A stretch of 64,000 bases of DNA from Minisyncoccia bacterium (lineage in GTDB: Bacteria; Patescibacteriota; Minisyncoccia; Phycocordibacterales; UBA918). Positions within the stretch are counted from its first letter, which is position 1, and every line of letters starts with the position of its first letter. Both the position numbers and the translations under genes were made by a program. Under the pieces are notes generated by a model. It had not been told where the DNA came from. It saw only the letters and a list, made by a program, of their open reading frames with translations, and made no database searches. Shown here one piece after another: positions 62,806-64,000 of this stretch. Where the stretch lies: contig JBKBPM010000001.1 in assembly GCA_046293175.1 (NCBI GenBank), positions 171,446 to 235,445 of the forward strand, in the 5' to 3' direction.

Positions 62806-63360
62806 ATGTTGAACTATATTCCACGAAATTGGGTGTGGTATGTTGTTGCCTTAATATTGTTTGGTCCATATATTCTGATTAACGTTATGGAAAACGATAT
62901 GCTAGCTAGAATAATTGGTTTAGGTTTTATTCCAAATGGCGTAGTCTTAATATTACTTTATACAATTCTTAGTAAAGGATATGATTGGATTCAACCAACA
63001 GAGTGGTTTGAAAAAAAACTTCAAAAAGTAAATAAAGGAAAAATACTCATCTTCAGTAAAATATTTCTTTTTGGAGTATTAGTTCTTTTTCTACCCTTGT
63101 CATTAGGCTATTTCAAAGATGTTGTTTTGGTAAAAGATGGTTTAGCCCCAATGACATTTATTGCAACAATTTCTGATATACGAGTTGGTAAAGGTGCTCT
63201 AAATCTATATATTTATTTTGATGATCAGAATGAGAAAATGTCTGCTTATTATTTCTCCCGCAACACCTTTGAAGAAGGGTACACATATAAGTTCTGGTAC
63301 TTGCCAAATACTCGTCAGATAGTTAAAGCAGAACTCATATCCACCAACGAAACACAATGA
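62806..63360 (+). CDS. Putative immunity protein (3 TM, AT-rich)
   Basis: Starts 1 nt after the RHS stop; AT-rich; standard toxin-immunity position. Confidence 0.6.
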   Translation: MLNYIPRNWVWYVVALILFGPYILINVMENDMLARIIGLGFIPNGVVLILLYTILSKGYDWIQPTEWFEKKLQKVNKGKILIFSKIFLFGVLVLFLPLSLGYFKDVVLVKDGLAPMTFIATISDIRVGKGALNLYIYFDDQNEKMSAYYFSRNTFEEGYTYKFWYLPNTRQIVKAELISTNETQ

Positions 63361-63716
63361 CTACCCTCCAGAAAAATAGTACCACCACCTCATACACCTA
63401 CGACCACCTCGGCCAGCGTCTCGAAAAAGCCCGTGGTACCGGTACTACCACGTATGTGGGCGGTGGGTACGAAGTAGCACCAACTGGAGTCACCAAGTAT
63501 ATCTACGCTGGTGGGGAACTGGTAGCCACCATCGCTGGTATAGGAACTACTACTACCTCCTATATCCATCGGGACCACCTATCCTCTACGAATGTAACTA
63601 CGAACCAAAGTGGAGGAGTATCTACCGTCTTAGACTACTACCCGTACGGCTCCACTTGTATCGATATGGGTATACACCGAGTTAGCGGAACGAAATATTT
63701 AATTTATCAAATTTAA
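63357..63716 (+). pseudogene. Truncated orphan RHS core fragment
   Basis: Paralogous to the main RHS core but breaks off after LDYYPYGS, before the ARYYDP/DPxG motifs. Confidence 0.8.
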
Positions 63717-63725
63717 ACAGACTCC

Positions 63726-63751
63726 AAAAACCCACCAATTGGTGGTTTTTT
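63726..63751 (+). terminator. Intrinsic terminator
   Basis: aaaaacccacc-aatt-ggtggtttttt. Confidence 0.6.
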
Positions 63752-63787
63752 ATTTTGTATCCAATAATCCCCAAAATGTGTGCACAA

Positions 63788-63843
63788 GTGGCTTGTGGGT
63801 GGGATGAAGTGGTGTATAGTGTAGTTGTGGTGGGAGATAGTGG
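63788..63843 (+). promoter_or_regulatory. MraZ-box-like GTGG direct repeats (dcw promoter)
   Basis: GTGG at ~10-nt period (63788, 63799, 63809, 63830, 63840) upstream of mraZ. Confidence 0.75.
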
Positions 63844-63957
63844 TATAGAACGAAAGTTCTAGACAGATCCACAACTATCTCTGACAGCAGTCAGCATCGC
63901 TCCACCGATGGTGGCTGGTGTCAGGGATGGAAGTGGAATAGCTATCAAGACAACATT

Positions 63958-64000
63958 ATGTTAATCGGGGAATATCGCCACACACTTGATCCTAAGAAAC
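63958..64000 (+). CDS. mraZ: Transcriptional regulator MraZ (5' end only)
   Basis: MLIGEYRHTLDPKK matches the MraZ N-terminus; preceded by GTGG repeats. Confidence 0.88.
   Translation, partial: MLIGEYRHTLDPKK

Noticed and set aside
61653-63664. Diversity-generating retroelement TR/VR pair
   Set aside because: Differences are mostly synonymous C/T changes rather than adenine-specific, no reverse transcriptase is in the window, and the RHS orphan model explains the repeat.

Overview
This 64-kb window looks like a Patescibacteria (CPR, Parcubacteria/Kaiserbacteria-like) chromosome using standard code 11. The taxonomy is inferred from gene content and protein style. Core genes: pgi, a complete H+-type F1Fo ATP synthase operon, mutM, msrA, dsbA/dsbB, frr-rseP, proS, mreBCD-PBP2, greA, lysS and the start of mraZ. 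Accessory content: an ApbE/FMN-binding/RnfD-FNR flavinylation module (the RnfD-FNR gene is frameshifted at a T8 run), an AT-rich islet with two FemX/GNAT-like paralogs and an ATP-grasp ligase, a GH1-EamA-GH module, and a lone VirD4/TraG-like ATPase followed by orphan genes. Near the right end lies an 8-kb Sec-exported SpvB/FG-GAP/RHS toxin with a ~660-aa LamG-containing insert, a putative immunity gene and an orphan RHS fragment. Three signals stand out beyond the gene list. (1) A dispersed family of ~120-bp covarying hairpins with conserved internal loops, mostly starting at stop codons. (2) A TrpR/YerC-like gene bracketed by four TATCATAYATGATA palindromes. (3) Pervasive leaderless extended -10 promoters, including a symmetric 18-bp bidirectional one. 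No rRNA, tRNA, CRISPR array or transposase was recognised.
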